Shown here: one piece after another, positions 39,150 through 54,115 of the stretch | How positions within the stretch are numbered: position 1 is the stretch's first letter | Layout of the letters: every line of letters begins with the position of its first letter | Source: Octopus sinensis | Taxonomy: Eukaryota | DNA length: 64,000 nt | Direction: 5' to 3' | Assembly: GCF_006345805.1 (NCBI RefSeq) | Contig: NC_043002.1 | Location: forward strand, 32,240,001-32,304,000 | The notes under the pieces: generated by a model | The model's input: only the letters and a program-made list of their open reading frames with translations | What the model was told of the DNA's origin: nothing | Databases searched by the model: none | Translations under genes and position numbers: made by a program

Positions 39150-39836
39150 TAGTCAGCGATTTTGTTACGAACAAAGATTTAACATGAAATTTTGCGTTAA
39201 ACTTGCTAAGTCTGCTACAGAGACATTGAATATTCTTCGGGAACCTTACGGTGGCAAGGCAATGGGCCGTGTGAAATGTGTCGAGTGGCACCGGCACTTC
39301 AAAAGTGTCCCTGGAAGACAATGAGTGATCTGGATGACCTGCTATGAGCGTCGTCTAATGGAATATTCATCAGCTTGTGCATGAGGATCGTTTCAGGACA
39401 ATGAACAACGTTTTGAAACGTTTGAAGGAGGACATTCGTCGCAACGGAACATGTCTGTGCAGCGTGAAGAATTGGATTCTTCCCGACGGCAATGCATCAT
39501 GTCAACGAGGTCTTCTCACTCATGCGTTTCTCGCCAAAAACAACATGGTATCAATTCAACACCCACCTTTATTCCCCAGTAAACTTCCATCTCTTCCCCA
39601 AGATGAAAATGCAGCTCAAAGGTCGCCATTTTAAAACCGGGCAAGATCCACAACGAACTTCAGGAGGTCCTCGACTCACTTGCGATAAACGACTTCCAAG
39701 TCAGATTCCATATGTGGTAGGAACACTAGTACCGGTGCAAGGTGACTATTTCGAAAGTGACGATGCTAAAACTTAGGTTAATAAGTTATTTTTTTATTAG
39801 ACGTAACTAGTCGGAAAACTTTTTGATACCACCTCG
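39150..39836 (+). mobile_element. Internally deleted mariner transposon relic with right TIR
   Basis: EQRFNMKFCVKLAKSATETL...EWHRHFK (HTH) and WILPDGNA...FLAKNNMVSIQHPP...FPKMKMQLKGRHF. TIR ...aaaactttttgataccacctcg|TA ends at 39836. Confidence 0.85.
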
Positions 39837-40522
39837 TATATATAACCAATAAAAGCCAGAAGATATAAGAGGTGAATAAATATTTACTTAAACACGAGGT
39901 AGCCGTTGAGATACGGTCGTTTCGCAATCCTCTTAATGTAGTATAAATTTCAGTGTGTAAGAAATTATGCGTACATATTTGCAATAATGTGCATGCACGG
40001 CATTATACAATTCGATTGCATATTCATGAGAAGTATATAATCCATAAAAGTCATAAAGTTTGAGAGTTGAATTGTTGGTGTTAGCATGATGATCTGATGT
40101 GATGAGCTAGCTTTCTTTTTTTACTTGCATTGACTTGTGAATATATAAATGTATAGTATAATACTGTGCCCGAATATTAATGTAGACAAATACGCATAAC
40201 TTCTTTCTCACTGAAATTTAAACTACATGGTAAAGGTTATGAAACGATCATAACCCTGCGTATTGTACTTGCTTGAATAAATATATATTAACCCGGCATG
40301 CCTCCTGACTTATATGGTTTTAAATACCCCTTATGAAATAATTTCATCAATCGCGTTTTCTGGATTTCAGCTGCACAGACTCTCTGCATTACGCTTCTCT
40401 GTTAGCCGAGTCCGTAAGAGAAGCTTTCTATGATAACCACAAAATTCTCTGTCTGAATCCCTATCCTATACTATTCGCACACACACACACACGCACACGC
40501 ACACACACACACACACACACAC

Positions 40523-40556
<34 letters not shown>

Positions 40557-40765
40557 ACACACACACACACCACACACACACACACACATATATATATATT
40601 TATATATTTCTAAATTCGCTCTCAAAGATTTCTGACGTGAAATTATGTCTTGAAACATATTGTTGTTACTTTGGGATTGCCATTTCATTTATTATTATTA
40701 TTATATTTTTCTTTTGCAAAAAAAACACACGCACTATATATATATATACATATATATATATATAC

Positions 40766-40796
<31 letters not shown>

Positions 40797-40827
40797 ATAT
40801 ATATATATATATAATATATATTATATA

Positions 40828-40865
<38 letters not shown>

Positions 40866-40868
40866 ATA

Positions 40869-40947
<79 letters not shown>

Positions 40948-41443
40948 GTATGTATATATATATTTTCTTCACTCGCTTATTAATATTATGTTATTTTTAT
41001 TATTTTGACGCCTGTCCATTGTCTGGAAATATTTCCTGACACATCTGTGACCTCTTCAGTGACACTTTTGGTTTCCGTGTGCGTTCTTGCTCAACTCACT
41101 TCATTCTGTTCTTCTAAGATGTGTATCTTTATGTGCGCATGCGTTTGTGTCCTTGTTTATTTGTTTGTTTGTGTGTGTGTGTGAGTGTATGTGTGTGTGC
41201 GCGCGCGCGTGCGTGTGTGAATAAGATAACAGCAATTATCAATGAAGAAATATATATATATAGTGCGTGTGTTTGGCAAAAATATAATAATCATAAATAA
41301 ATGACCATCCCAAAGTACAACAATATATATATTTATATATATATATGTACGTATGTATAGATACACACACACACAAATACACGCACACACAAACAATGCA
41401 CCCCGACGTTGCAGGGGTATTATGACCTAAAGCCACATTATGT

Positions 41444-41474
<31 letters not shown>

Positions 41475-42933
41475 AAATCCTTAAAAATCCTAAAAATGTT
41501 TTAGCCCGAAGGCCGCGGCCATGCTCAAATTTTCGAGTTCAAGCAGGACGTACGCACCACACACAATGCACACTGGCGTTGCCTAGGTCGTTGATACCAA
41601 TATCACCACGACCAACTGGTATTGCAGTACATGTCTCTGATAAGGAAAAGTTGATTTGAAATTCTACCAATCAGTGAACACAGTTTGCATCGCGACCAAT
41701 GAATACGCACCGTGGTCGGACTCATGAGCGTATGTGAACTTAATTTTCCCTCGCATATATGAGTGTTGTTGTTGTTGCCTTTACTGTGTTCTTCAGGTCA
41801 GACATTTGTTTTCCATCGCACCACTCGCATTATAGTATATGCTCATCTACTTTGAAAAACTAGGAAATTGCCGCAAAATCCTGACGAATTTTGCGGCTTA
41901 TGGAATAATAGGTATGAAAATATAGTAATAACGATAAGACACTTTGTATAAATTGAGATGAATATAGAGCAAATGTTAAAGGTAAAACACCTCGGAAGGT
42001 TTTAGTCATTCCTTCACGTCTTTACCACATTTGAACGAATATATGCTCTTACTGTGCTTAATCCTTGGGAAAATTTTATTGAATTTAAACCTGAGAACGC
42101 TCCTTTGGCATTCCTGAGTCGTTTGCTACCAAGAAAATCTACATGGACAAATTGTTTTCGATAGTAATGCCAGAAGCGATCACACTTATGCCAGAACATG
42201 GTTCTTTACTCAATTTTCTGTTGACAAATAGGGCTTTGTGCAAAGAATGGAAAATTGTATCACAATGCATCAAAAACATTGTTTAATCATGGAAAACGTT
42301 CACATTGACAGTTCAGTTGTAGCACAAAAGCCATTATTGACGAAAAATGTGCCAATAATTGTTCCAAAAAGAATGTTTTTTGATCATTTTCCGTTGACAA
42401 ATAGGGTTTTGTGCATCACAAATGCAGTCATAATACTCCCTGTACTTTTTTGACACCGAAAACATTTAAATTGGCAACGTAGATTAGAAGCAAATCCGAA
42501 GATAACCTCAAAATTGTGAGATCCGACCTTGTTTTCGATGTTATTTTCGTAGTAAAAAAGAGTTTGCAAAAGGCATACTTCATTTTGCAACCAAAAAATT
42601 TCTGAATCTTTCGATACCGCATACGTCCAAATCGGCAATTCAGTGTTTGAATCCATAAGAAACATATGCACCACACACACACACACACACACACACACAA
42701 CACACACACACACACACACACACATACACACACACACACATACACTCACACACAAACTCGGTTATATATATATGTGTTTGTGTATGTGAGATTATATATA
42801 TGTATATGTGTATACACACATATATATACATATATATATATATGTATATATATATGTATATATATATATACATATACATATATATATAGGTGTGTGTGTG
42901 TATACACAAGTACATCATATGAGGGAGAGTGAA

Positions 42934-42967
<34 letters not shown>

Positions 42968-43114
42968 GGGAAAGAGAGATAAAAGAGGGGAGAATAAAAA
43001 CATCAATTTTTCATAGAACTGTTTCTTAGGTAGTTCCGTATCAAGTCTGTTAGTGATATGCAGTAGATACACAGCTATTACTATTACTGAAGTTGTAAAG
43101 TAGTAGTAGTAGTT

Positions 43115-43151
<37 letters not shown>

Positions 43152-44086
43152 ATGAAGAAAGGGAGGATGAAGAGGAGGAGAAGAAGATTTAATTCGTTGC
43201 CCGTTCTAACACCAAAAAGCGGCAACGAAATTTCCCTCGGTTTAATTGTCTTAAGGGTGTATGTAAAAACGCATGAATGAAAATATCAGAACTTATAGAT
43301 TAAGTATGCATGTGTATGATAATAACTAAAAGAAATTGATATTACATGTATAAAAAATAGCTATAAACGTTCTCCGACTACAGAAATGCAGGTCCTCAAA
43401 AAAGATGATGTGAAGTTGCTAAGGGACTTTATTTTACAAATCAATAGAAGAGTAGAACACTATTGTAGTCCACTACAAGAAAAAGAAACTATGTATTGTA
43501 ACTGATGCGGTGCGTCTATTTAATATCAGAACAAAAAGAAATATAAAGAGAATGTAGTGCTTAAAGAATATAGGCTTGAAGTATGGAAGTTTTATGTGCA
43601 GAAACGAAGAAGTAAATGAGGTTATGATATTGCCGATTGTTATTTGAGGCAGTGACAAATATTCTAATGCAAACATTGATAAACTTGATAGTAATCTAGG
43701 AGCAGATGCAGAGCAAAAACATATATCTGTTAGGTTCGAACGAAAGCTCGAGGTCCCGCCCACGTCGACGCGACCGATGGCGGCAGTCTGTTAGGATCAG
43801 CAACAGTTGTCTGTCCTAAATCCACTGTAAGAGAAGATATAAAGGGCACAAAAACTTTTTTTTATAAATACATCAAATTCTCCTTACATACTGTTTGATA
43901 AGAAGCATAATTGAACTGGATGAAACACTAACTCTGGGAAACATCAAAAATGATTGATACGGAAATAAGTAGGATAGCACTTTAACATATGGGGTTAATT
44001 CATCTGACTACTATATAGAATTATGTTAAAAGTAAGAAGGATGGTGTATTAATAAACGAATCTAAAAATCTAAAGAGTGAGTTATT

Positions 44087-44886
44087 CGTGGTCTGATCAA
44101 TAAGTATCCGGGCTGTTGCTATAGTAACGAGTCTAAAGTACGGAGAGTGAAGCCGCTTGGTACAGATTGACTTTAAATTCTTCTGTGCATGCGCATTAAG
44201 ATTTAACGTTCAAGCTCACTTCCGCTGTTTACATCAGTACTTGGAAGGAAGTTGTGTAGCATGTGATCGTTGCATTGATCATGACAGAAAGTTGAACAGA
44301 GAATCTGCCTTAAATTTTGTCAAAAGCTTGGTGATACCTGCTGAGCGGCCTACGCAAAGTTTTTATCGAGTTTCTTCATGCTCAGCTAAAACCGGTAGAT
44401 ATGCATCTTATACCGAAATCGTCAGTGATAATGGACTGAACTGAACCGTGACTAATCTGATCATCCTCTGATAATACGCGGATGGTAATTCGACGGTTTT
44501 CCCTCACAGCTGCATGCATATCTGCAATGATTTTCTCAGTTCTGCTGGTTGTCGGTCTCCCAGAATCTTCGTTGTCAATATCGACATTTTGTCGGCCATC
44601 TTGGAAACGTCTGAACCAGTCGTACACTTGTGTGCGGTTCATACACTTCTCCCCATAAACTTTTTGTAACTCTGAATAGGCCTCTGATCAAATATCGCCA
44701 TAACAACATTTTCTGTCACGGTCAATGCGACAATCACATGCTAAACAGCGGAAGTGAGCTAGAACGTTAAAACTTAGTGCGCATGCACAGCAGAGTTTAA
44801 GGTGAATCTTTGCCTGATAGCTTTACTCTGCGTGATTTAGATACGTTACTATGACAACAGTCCAGATACTTTTTGATCAGACCTAG
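44087..44886. mobile_element. Mariner composite made of two opposed 5' ends
   Basis: Both ends read ggtctgatcaa(t/a)aagtatc..gctcacttccgctgttta..atgacagaaa inward. Minus ORF MNRTQVYDWFRRFQDGR...SGRPTTSRT...RRITIR at 44382-44642. Confidence 0.8.
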
Positions 44887-45167
44887 CATTTCAGTTGGTG
44901 ATAGTTTAGCTAAGATTAATATTGTGCGGGTGTGTGAGTAAGTGCGTGTGTGTGAGTGAGTGTGTGTGTGTGTGAGTGCATGAACCTTTTATGTGTCAAT
45001 GCTTTTATGTTTTATGTGTCAATAAGAGCTATTTCAAGTTATATAGACTACGTAAAACTACGTACACAACTGGAAAATTGAGAAAATTAAATATTTCTTC
45101 CAATAAATTCAATATAGATTGCCTAAATATAAAGAGATTTCCATAAACGGGTTTTACACACTAATTT

Positions 45168-45561
45168 TTCTTTTCGCTTTTGTTCCATTCATTTGACTGC
45201 GTCCATGCTGGAGCGCCGCCTTAGAGGGTTTTTTAATGGAAGAAATCGACCCCAGGACTTTATATTTGTAAGCTTAGTACTTATTCTCTCGGACTCTTTT
45301 GCCGGACTGCTAAGTTAAGGGAACGTAAAGACACCATCATTAGTTAGCAAGCGATGGTGGTGGTGGTGGTGGGGGGGCAAGTACAAACACAAAGACACAC
45401 GCACACGTAAAGATTACGACGGGCTTTTTTCCTGTTTCCAAATCCATTCACAAAGCTTTGGTCGGCCTGAGGCTATAAGAAGACACTTACCGAAGGTGCC
45501 ACGCAGTGGGACTGAAACCGCAACCATTTGGTAGGGAAGCAAACTTCTTACCACACAGCCA
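45168..45561 (-). mobile_element. SINE family B
   Basis: Reverse complement has head tggctgtgtggtaagaag, gtcccactgcgtggcacc and tail ctccagcatggacgcagtcaaatga. Confidence 0.85.
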
Positions 45562-46979
45562 CGAACACTGTTTTAATATTTTACTCTCAACTCCTATTTT
45601 CCATTACACGGTCGTGGTTTCCATTATATGGTCGTGGCTATCGTATCACAATTAAATTTAAATGCACTATAATGCTATTATTCATTTAAACTAATTGCAC
45701 CCAAATAAGTTGTTTTTCTCATTCACAATAAAATTGTATAAAGTTCGTTTTCAAGATACCCTGAACTATCTAAAGCTATCGTTTACAACTCCGCCCTGAA
45801 GACCTATAACTTTTATTTAATCCAGTAATTTAATTCAGAAATTTTTTACAGAGTTTAGAAGCTTGGTAAATATTCTCTTGATGAAACGAGATTAGATAAA
45901 GAATATTTGACCAGTTGAAGAAGCAGATTAGCAAACTTGAAGTCTCAGCCAACTTTATCTCTACAACAAGCGATTACACACGCACATGCACGAATACACA
46001 TATTTATACATACATTTATTGCAATATGTTTGTGAAAACCGAAGTAGCACGGTCAGAAGGAATATAATCTTCTGAGATAATTTACGAATGTCAAAAAGAT
46101 AAAAACCGCAAATAAAACGATTATAGGAATTGATTAAAAATTCACAACAGAACAAAGGAACCGATGCTGATCTCCAGAATTAACTGTTTGTCAAAGCATA
46201 TGGTGTACCAATGTATTACAAATATACGACGAAAAACAGCTCTAAAACTCACATTGGAATAAACACAATTTTAAATCAAGCTCTATTCCTACACGCATTC
46301 CTTTAGACACCTAGGCTGAAGCAAAGAATCGTATTGGAACCATACATTTGCTCGATGAAATACTATAGTTTCTAGAGCTAAGATATAGATAAGAAGCAGT
46401 AATTCTTTTAATCTTGACACCGTGGATGACTGCTATATCCCTTCTGACAAAACCACATTACTCAAATAACATTCACAAAAAGTGAAGTCGTACAAAACTT
46501 TCCAAGGAACCGTTCTTAAAACCACCAGTGACGACCTATACAATATTCGTGTGATTGTATCAATATATTCATTAATATTGTTTTCACCCCAACCATTCAA
46601 GTAATGTTATTTGTTCTTGATTTAAGTCTTTAATTTTTCAACAACACCATTCTTAATCTGTAATAATCCATGAACGATCATTTTTTTTCGTATCGGTTTG
46701 AGTTGCTTTCTTTTGAATTTCAATCACTAATCATTCACATTTCATCTTTGTTTCAAATTAACTAGAGATTCTAAAGAGATAATGAAACGTGTATGTATGT
46801 GTATTACACATTTATGCATGTATGTGTTTCTGTGCATTACGCATGTATGTATATGTGGATTCAAGTGCCGCTCTGTATATCAATATATTGATCTCTATCT
46901 TTATCAACGAACACCGGCATATCAAAGAGACTCTGTATGCACATAATTTCTCATTAAGTACATGCTCAGACACACACAC

Positions 46980-47039
<60 letters not shown>

Positions 47040-47379
47040 CACACAAACCGACCGAATAGTATAATATTGCTTTTTTTATTATTATTTAGAACAACGTCGT
47101 TTCTCATCCAGCAAATGTATAATCAAAGACTTGAATCAAAGACTTCCCAACCGTAACCATGTCCATGTTGATGTTCAGCTCCAAGCCGGCATTTATCCAG
47201 CAGATCAATGATCAAACCATTCTACCACACACATATAAATTTAATGTTCAGAATGTCATTCATTTCTGAAGACGGTAGGGTGTAATTAAGGGTGTTTAGC
47301 TTCAACTTTTAACAGGCTGAGCTACCACCCATGTCGCCCTAGATGTCTCAAGGTTGGGTCACATTTATGACAATTGTGT

Positions 47380-47800
47380 TAACACTTGCCATATACGATG
47401 AATCCACATGGTTCTGTCATAGACGTAGTAACTATCATTATTAGCAGCAGCAGCATCTGTGTCACATTCATCGCCGCCATCATAATCAACATCATAAAAT
47501 TACACGTCATTGTCATAGTAAAAATTACCAAAGTCATAATAATCATCACTTTTATCATCGTCAAATATATCACCAACACTACTGCCGCCATCGTGTCCGT
47601 TATTACTGTCATCACTTCTATCGCTGTCGTCATCATTACCACCAACACCATCACCATCACCACAAACATCATCATAATCAACAGTCTTCGCACCACCATC
47701 TGCATCTTTACCATCATCGCCTCCCTCCTCATCACCATGACCAGTCACAGTTATTGCACCCTGATCTTCCACCCTGATTTCAGTCATCAGTCCACCTCAC
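47380..47800. repeat. Degenerate (CAT/CAC)n low-complexity tract
   Basis: Cryptic trinucleotide periodicity giving low-complexity ORFs in several frames. Confidence 0.8.
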
Positions 47801-48471
47801 TTCATTCAGCTTTCTAATACTTCGTACAACACTGACTGTTTTTCTTTTCGCCACCTCAGAAAATCAATAGGTTTAATCACCCATGAAGTGTTTATTACTC
47901 TATAAACGACCCTTATCGATTTTATGTACCTCATACAAAGGTACTTGCTTGAAAGAGATAGTGCACCTAATTAAATGCTTTATCTTATTAAATTAGCTTG
48001 GCCTAGTGTTTAGGGCGCTCGGTTAAAAAATCATAAAGCCAAGGGTTCGATTTTTGTTCTTGGTGATGCATGGTGTTTATTTCATATCGTTTAAGTTTCC
48101 TCACATAAATTGATTACCGACCTATGGGAATTGTAGCCCAGCCTCTGTAAAGCTGTCACATCCACTGAGTTAAGGATTGGAAATGGTCGGTACACAATGT
48201 GCTGATGTCTGATTGCGCCTTCACAGGTCCTTGAAACGTTTAGCTAAAGCATGGTACATTCTACCATGTTTTACTCGTTTGTAAGTGACCGCTAAGGTTT
48301 TGAGCCCATCATCCTAAACACTAGGCCTCGCACCTTCAGAATATATATTATATATATGTGTTTTTGTGTATGTCTGTACGTCTTTGTTTAGTTTCTGAAA
48401 AATCCATTGAGTGCTTTCCCGTCCCCACGTGGTACCTGCATATACTCCAGTCATAAGTTTACAAACGGGTA

Positions 48472-48570
<99 letters not shown>

Positions 48571-48598
48571 ATCTGTCTCTTTCTGTCTCCCTCTCTAT

Positions 48599-48664
<66 letters not shown>

Positions 48665-49070
48665 TTTTGATGGCGAAGCATCAGTCGGTTTCTTCGATGA
48701 GTGTCCTGTAGAATTATTACTCGTAAATTCATGAGTAATGTATAGGTGGCTGAATATTCCATAGATATTTACATGGTTAATTTTATTCTAAGAGACAATC
48801 AAAAGCATATAGTGTGTGACAAGGCAGCGCATTACAGGAACAATCCACTCGACCTATCTACATATTGTTTCTGTCAATCCCATTTCACCCACAAGTCGTG
48901 GTTTAACTCGAGTGAATGGTAAAAGAACACTAGTTCAAGACACCACTCAGTAGCATCGAATTCAAAATCTCACTCTACTGGATTAAGCATGTTAACCATT
49001 CGATCACTCTGATATCCGGTAAGTTAGGAGAAATGGCGTGGTGAGACGATAGGAGATACGTGAAATATCT

Positions 49071-49304
49071 ATTTCTTTACTACCCACAAGAGGCTAAACA
49101 CAGAGGGGACAAACAAGGACAGACAAACGGGTTAAATCGATTATATCGACCCCAATGCATAACTGGTACTTATTTAATCGCTCCCGAAAGGATGAAAGGC
49201 AAAGTTGACCTCGGAGGAATTTGAACTCAGAACGTAACGGCAGACGAAATACCGTTAAGTATTTCGCTCGGTGTGCTAACGTTTCTACCAGCTCGCCACC
49301 AAAT
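49071..49304 (-). mobile_element. Full-length SINE family A with a 15-bp TSD
   Basis: TSD ATACGTGAAATATCT at 49056-49070 and 49305-49319. Confidence 0.9.
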
Positions 49305-49528
49305 ATACGTGAAATATCTTCTACTATTGACGACACAAGATCAGTTCCAGCTCAGACCTGATTGAGCAGACCTATGGTCAAAAACATTCACCCTATGACC
49401 ATCTCGCTTTTTAATGAAGACATCTCGGTCTACATTATCTCATCTCTTTCTTTTGTGTTTTCATTGTTTGTTTTAAGACTAGAGCAGAATTTGAATGATA
49501 TTTAGCTACACACGCGCACACACACACA

Positions 49529-49567
<39 letters not shown>

Positions 49568-50039
49568 ACACACACACACACACATTTACATATGTTTGTG
49601 TACGAAGTAAGGTGAAGAATTTGTACTTGAACACTCACGGTTGAGTAAAAATGATATTATATTCAAGGTAAAAGCATTCACAAATTGTTACTCAGTGCTC
49701 CAAGAGGAAAAATCATCTGACAGTCCTTTGCGCACCAGCTTAACTCACTGAACAGATGCAGATGGTCTCATACTCGGCAGCGTGCGCTGCAAAATCGGAG
49801 TAACTATTTGTGAAGTCGTTTGAGATTCAATAATACATACACTGATACTTAGATGCATAGATACATAATACATACACATATACTCACATACACACACACA
49901 CAGACACATATATATATATGTGTGTGTGTTTGAGTGTGCCTGAGTGTGTTTATGTGTATGCATGTATATATGTGTTTATAAGTGTCTATATATATATATT
50001 TATATTTACATATATATTTTCACATAGACACGCATAGAC

Positions 50040-50653
50040 GCACGCACACACACACACACACACACGCACGCACTCACACACATACACCCACGCACATATG
50101 TACACACACGAGATGTTCTGAAATGATCCTGGCTTGAAGATTTCAGCGGAAGGCCTAGTTGGAGCCCCAAACTTCAAAATTCTTTTACAGGGCTCAGAAA
50201 AACTGAACGACCTCTGCAATAAGTGTGTGAATCTGAGAGGGAAATATATTGAATAAAATCATAATTAAACTGATCGTCCTGTATTTTACTTTACTCATTG
50301 CCGCAATTTTTCAGGAACCTCATATACATGTGTGGTATGTCACTGTGCCTGTGTTTGTGTTAGGCCCTCCACCACCGCTTAACAACTGGTGTTTTTGTGT
50401 GTTTACGCCCCAGTAACTCAGCGTTCCGAGTCGATTCGACTAAAATTCCTCAAGGTGGTGCCTCAGCATGCCGTCCTAACGATCTCATTAAAAGCTGAAG
50501 AGACGTCCGACTCATTGCGTGTGCATGTGTAAGCGAGTACTTACTTATATAATTCATAGACGCACGTACACATCCACATAAACACACACACACACACACA
50601 AACATATATATACATGAATACACACGTATATAAATATGTGCCTATATGCATGC

Positions 50654-50684
<31 letters not shown>

Positions 50685-51258
50685 ATATGAATAACTGCAT
50701 ATATATAGGTATACACACGTACACACGCACACACACACACACGCACGCACTCACACACATACACCCACGCACATATGTACACACACGAGATGTTCTGAAA
50801 TGATCCTGGCTTGAAGATTTCAGCGGAAGGCCTAGTTGGAGCCCCAAACTTCAAAATTCTTTTACAGGGCTCAGAAAAACTGAACGACCTCTGCAATAAG
50901 TGTGTGAATCTGAGAGGGAAATATATTGAATAAAATCATAATTAAACTGATCGTCCTGTATTTTACTTTACTCATTGCCCGCAATTTTTCAGGAACCTCA
51001 TATACATGTGTGTGTATGTCACTGTGCCTGTGTTTGTGTTAGGCCCTCCACCACCGCTTAACAACTGGTGTTTGTGTGTTTACGCCCCAGTAACTCAGCG
51101 GTTCCGAGTCGATTCGACTAAAATTCCTCAAGGTGGTGCCTCAGCATGGCCGTCCTAACGATCTCATTAAAAGCTGAAGAGACGTCCGACTCATTGCGTG
51201 TGCATGTGTAAGCGAGTACTTACTTACATAATTCATAGACGCACGTACACATCCACAT

Positions 51259-51299
<41 letters not shown>

Positions 51300-51345
51300 T
51301 ATATATACATGAATACACACGTATATAAATATGTGCCTATATGCA

Positions 51346-51389
<44 letters not shown>

Positions 51390-51460
51390 TAACTGCATAT
51401 ATATAGGTATACACACGTACACACGCACACACACATACACGCACGCACACACACATACAC
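50040..51460 (+). repeat. Tandem duplication, period 678 bp, containing a mariner 3' end (50111-50322; 50788-51000) and a SINE B tail piece
   Basis: The block gagatgttctgaaatgatcc...caggaacctca|TA occurs twice; the copies differ mainly by single-base indels. Confidence 0.9.
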
Positions 51461-53235
51461 GCATATATTAGTTTCACATTTTGGTACTAATCCAGCAATT
51501 TCAAGAGATGGATTTAGTTGATTACACCGACCTCAGTACTCAACTGGTACTTATTTTATGAGCCACGAAAATATGAAAGGCAAAATTGACCTTGGGGAAA
51601 TATGAATTTAGAACGTGAAAACGGCAGAAAGATATTGCATACCGTGCTGCCTATTCTGCCAGCTCACCGCATTTCATACACACGCGCGCGCATACACGCA
51701 CTTCATACACAGACACACACACACTCACACACGCATATACATAAACACATACACACACACACACACACACATTACACCTACTTTTCATTAGCTGACAACC
51801 GATGCCGACGATGTCCTTCTTGTCTTAGTCAAAGGGACTGAACGCGCATGTGCGCTAGCGTGCCGAATCAAGATCCATATGTTACGCATGTGGGACACAG
51901 TTACATAGACGCTCGACCTAGCCGCCGATGGTCATTACTAATTTTAAGCAAAGCGGACCAGTTCTTGTCTGCACATTCCTTGTACTCTGCCATTCGATGA
52001 TGTTTACATCATTGACCACGAGTACTTCGTTCTTTTACGAAACCCTCACGTAATAGGGACTTAGATATGATTTGTTTTACAAGCACGTTACTGTCGCCCT
52101 CTTCATGCCATTTCACGAGCAACTAAAGCCTCTTTGGGAATCAAACGTTGGGCAAGCGTGCAAATATTCCCATCTGTGGCTGCTGTGCTTTTTTTGTACA
52201 ATGGTACAAAGATTATAATACAAGTACTAATTCCTTGGTATAAGGCCCTTTGTTATACAAACTTCTTATAAGCTGCTCATTAGTACGTCTTTGATAGGAG
52301 GTTCTGCGTAAGCGGTCTGTGTGTCATCTGTGTGAGCGTATATATGTGTGTGTGTATGTGTTTATGTAGATAGATACATATGCATACATATACATATAGA
52401 TATATATATATATATATATACATATACAATGTATATTATATATATATACATACATATGCATAATGTATACATACATATGTGTATATATGCAATTCACACA
52501 CATACACAGAAACACAAACGCATACATTTGTATGAAGAGGTGTCTCATTTCGAGCATCAGGTTGCAGCATTGTGACTTTAAGCCAGATACTTCATTGCAT
52601 GATGATGCTTTTTACTCAGCTGAAATGAATAACTCTAACTTTTCAAAAGGGACCTTTTGTATTCTCAGGCATTTAAACACCCTTAAGCCGCGATAAGCTT
52701 CAGTGAAATGTGCTTTTAGGTGCGAGACAGGTTATATGCATATGTTAAATATATATATGTGTGCATAATGCATACATATATGCAAAGACATATGCATACT
52801 ATCAAAAATAAATCAACCAGTTAGCATGAACATTACATATACAGTTTGTCAGCGGAACAGTAAGAACATAAAAGATTTTTCTTAAGTTTAAAATGTAAAT
52901 TTATCTTTGTTTTTATATTCCAACACAACGCCGGAGTTTTGTATCTTTGATAGTAACCAATTCCTCTCTCTCAAATGAAGATTTAAACAATTAAACACAG
53001 AAGAGAACATATATATATAAATATATAAGCAAAAATTAGCACATTCATTACACGCAAAAACATACGCCTGCGAACATACACACATGCACTCGAAAAGTAG
53101 AATCGTCCGCATGTGTTTATAAAACTTATATAACTATACGCGTATGTAGACATATACATGTACATATATGTATGAATCGATGGACAGATGGTTGGATAGA
53201 AAAAATAAATGAATTGACAGGTAGATAGATAGATG

Positions 53236-53325
<90 letters not shown>

Positions 53326-53326
53326 G

Positions 53327-53360
<34 letters not shown>

Positions 53361-53705
53361 AGGCATACAGACAGATTGACAAACTGATAGATATACACAC
53401 ACGCACACATCAAGAAGCACGTGCCTAACGGTTAAGATCATGCGTTCAGTTACCGGGGTCGCGTTATATTTATGAGCAGTAATTGAGTTTGGTCTCGGTT
53501 ACTGGTCTGAAGATGAGTAGAAACCGAGTGCTGGGGCGGGGGTTTCTTCCCCAGCTGTCACATACTAGATGTTTTGTTGCATATAGGTTGTTAGGATGAG
53601 AGGGTATCTCTGTCTCTAAGAGATTATATGAGTGTCTAAAGTCTTTGCGGATGCATGGTACACCATACCAGTTCGCACTCGTATGGAGGAGAAACATTAT
53701 GTGTA

Positions 53706-53782
<77 letters not shown>

Positions 53783-53870
53783 CTCTTTCTCTCTCGCGCG
53801 CTCTCTCTCTATCTATCTATCTTACCACCCCTCTTATCTATCATTCAATATATACACATGCATTCGTCTG

Positions 53871-54025
53871 TCTTTACGTTATAAGTTCAAATTCCGCCGA
53901 GGTCGACTTTGCCTTTCATCCTTTCGGGTTCGATTAATTAAGTACCATTTGTGTACTGGGGTCGATCTAATCGACTGGCCCCTCCCCAAAAATTTCGGGC
54001 CTTGTGCCTAGAGTAGAAAAGAATA
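53871..54025 (+). mobile_element. 5'-truncated SINE family A (short tail)
   Basis: aagttcaaattccgccgaggtcgactttgcc...cctccccaaaaatttcgggccttgtgcc. Confidence 0.85.
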
Positions 54026-54056
54026 TATACATATGCATATGGATATATATATACAT

Positions 54057-54115
<59 letters not shown>

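Noticed and set aside
41990-42620. Tc1-like transposon remnant
   Set aside because: Only a vague LNP.ENF-like stretch and internal repeats; no TIR pair identified.
47379-47817. Acidic or hydrophobic ORFs of 95-143 aa
   Set aside because: They are open in several frames because of degenerate (CAT)n sequence and have no splice or domain support.
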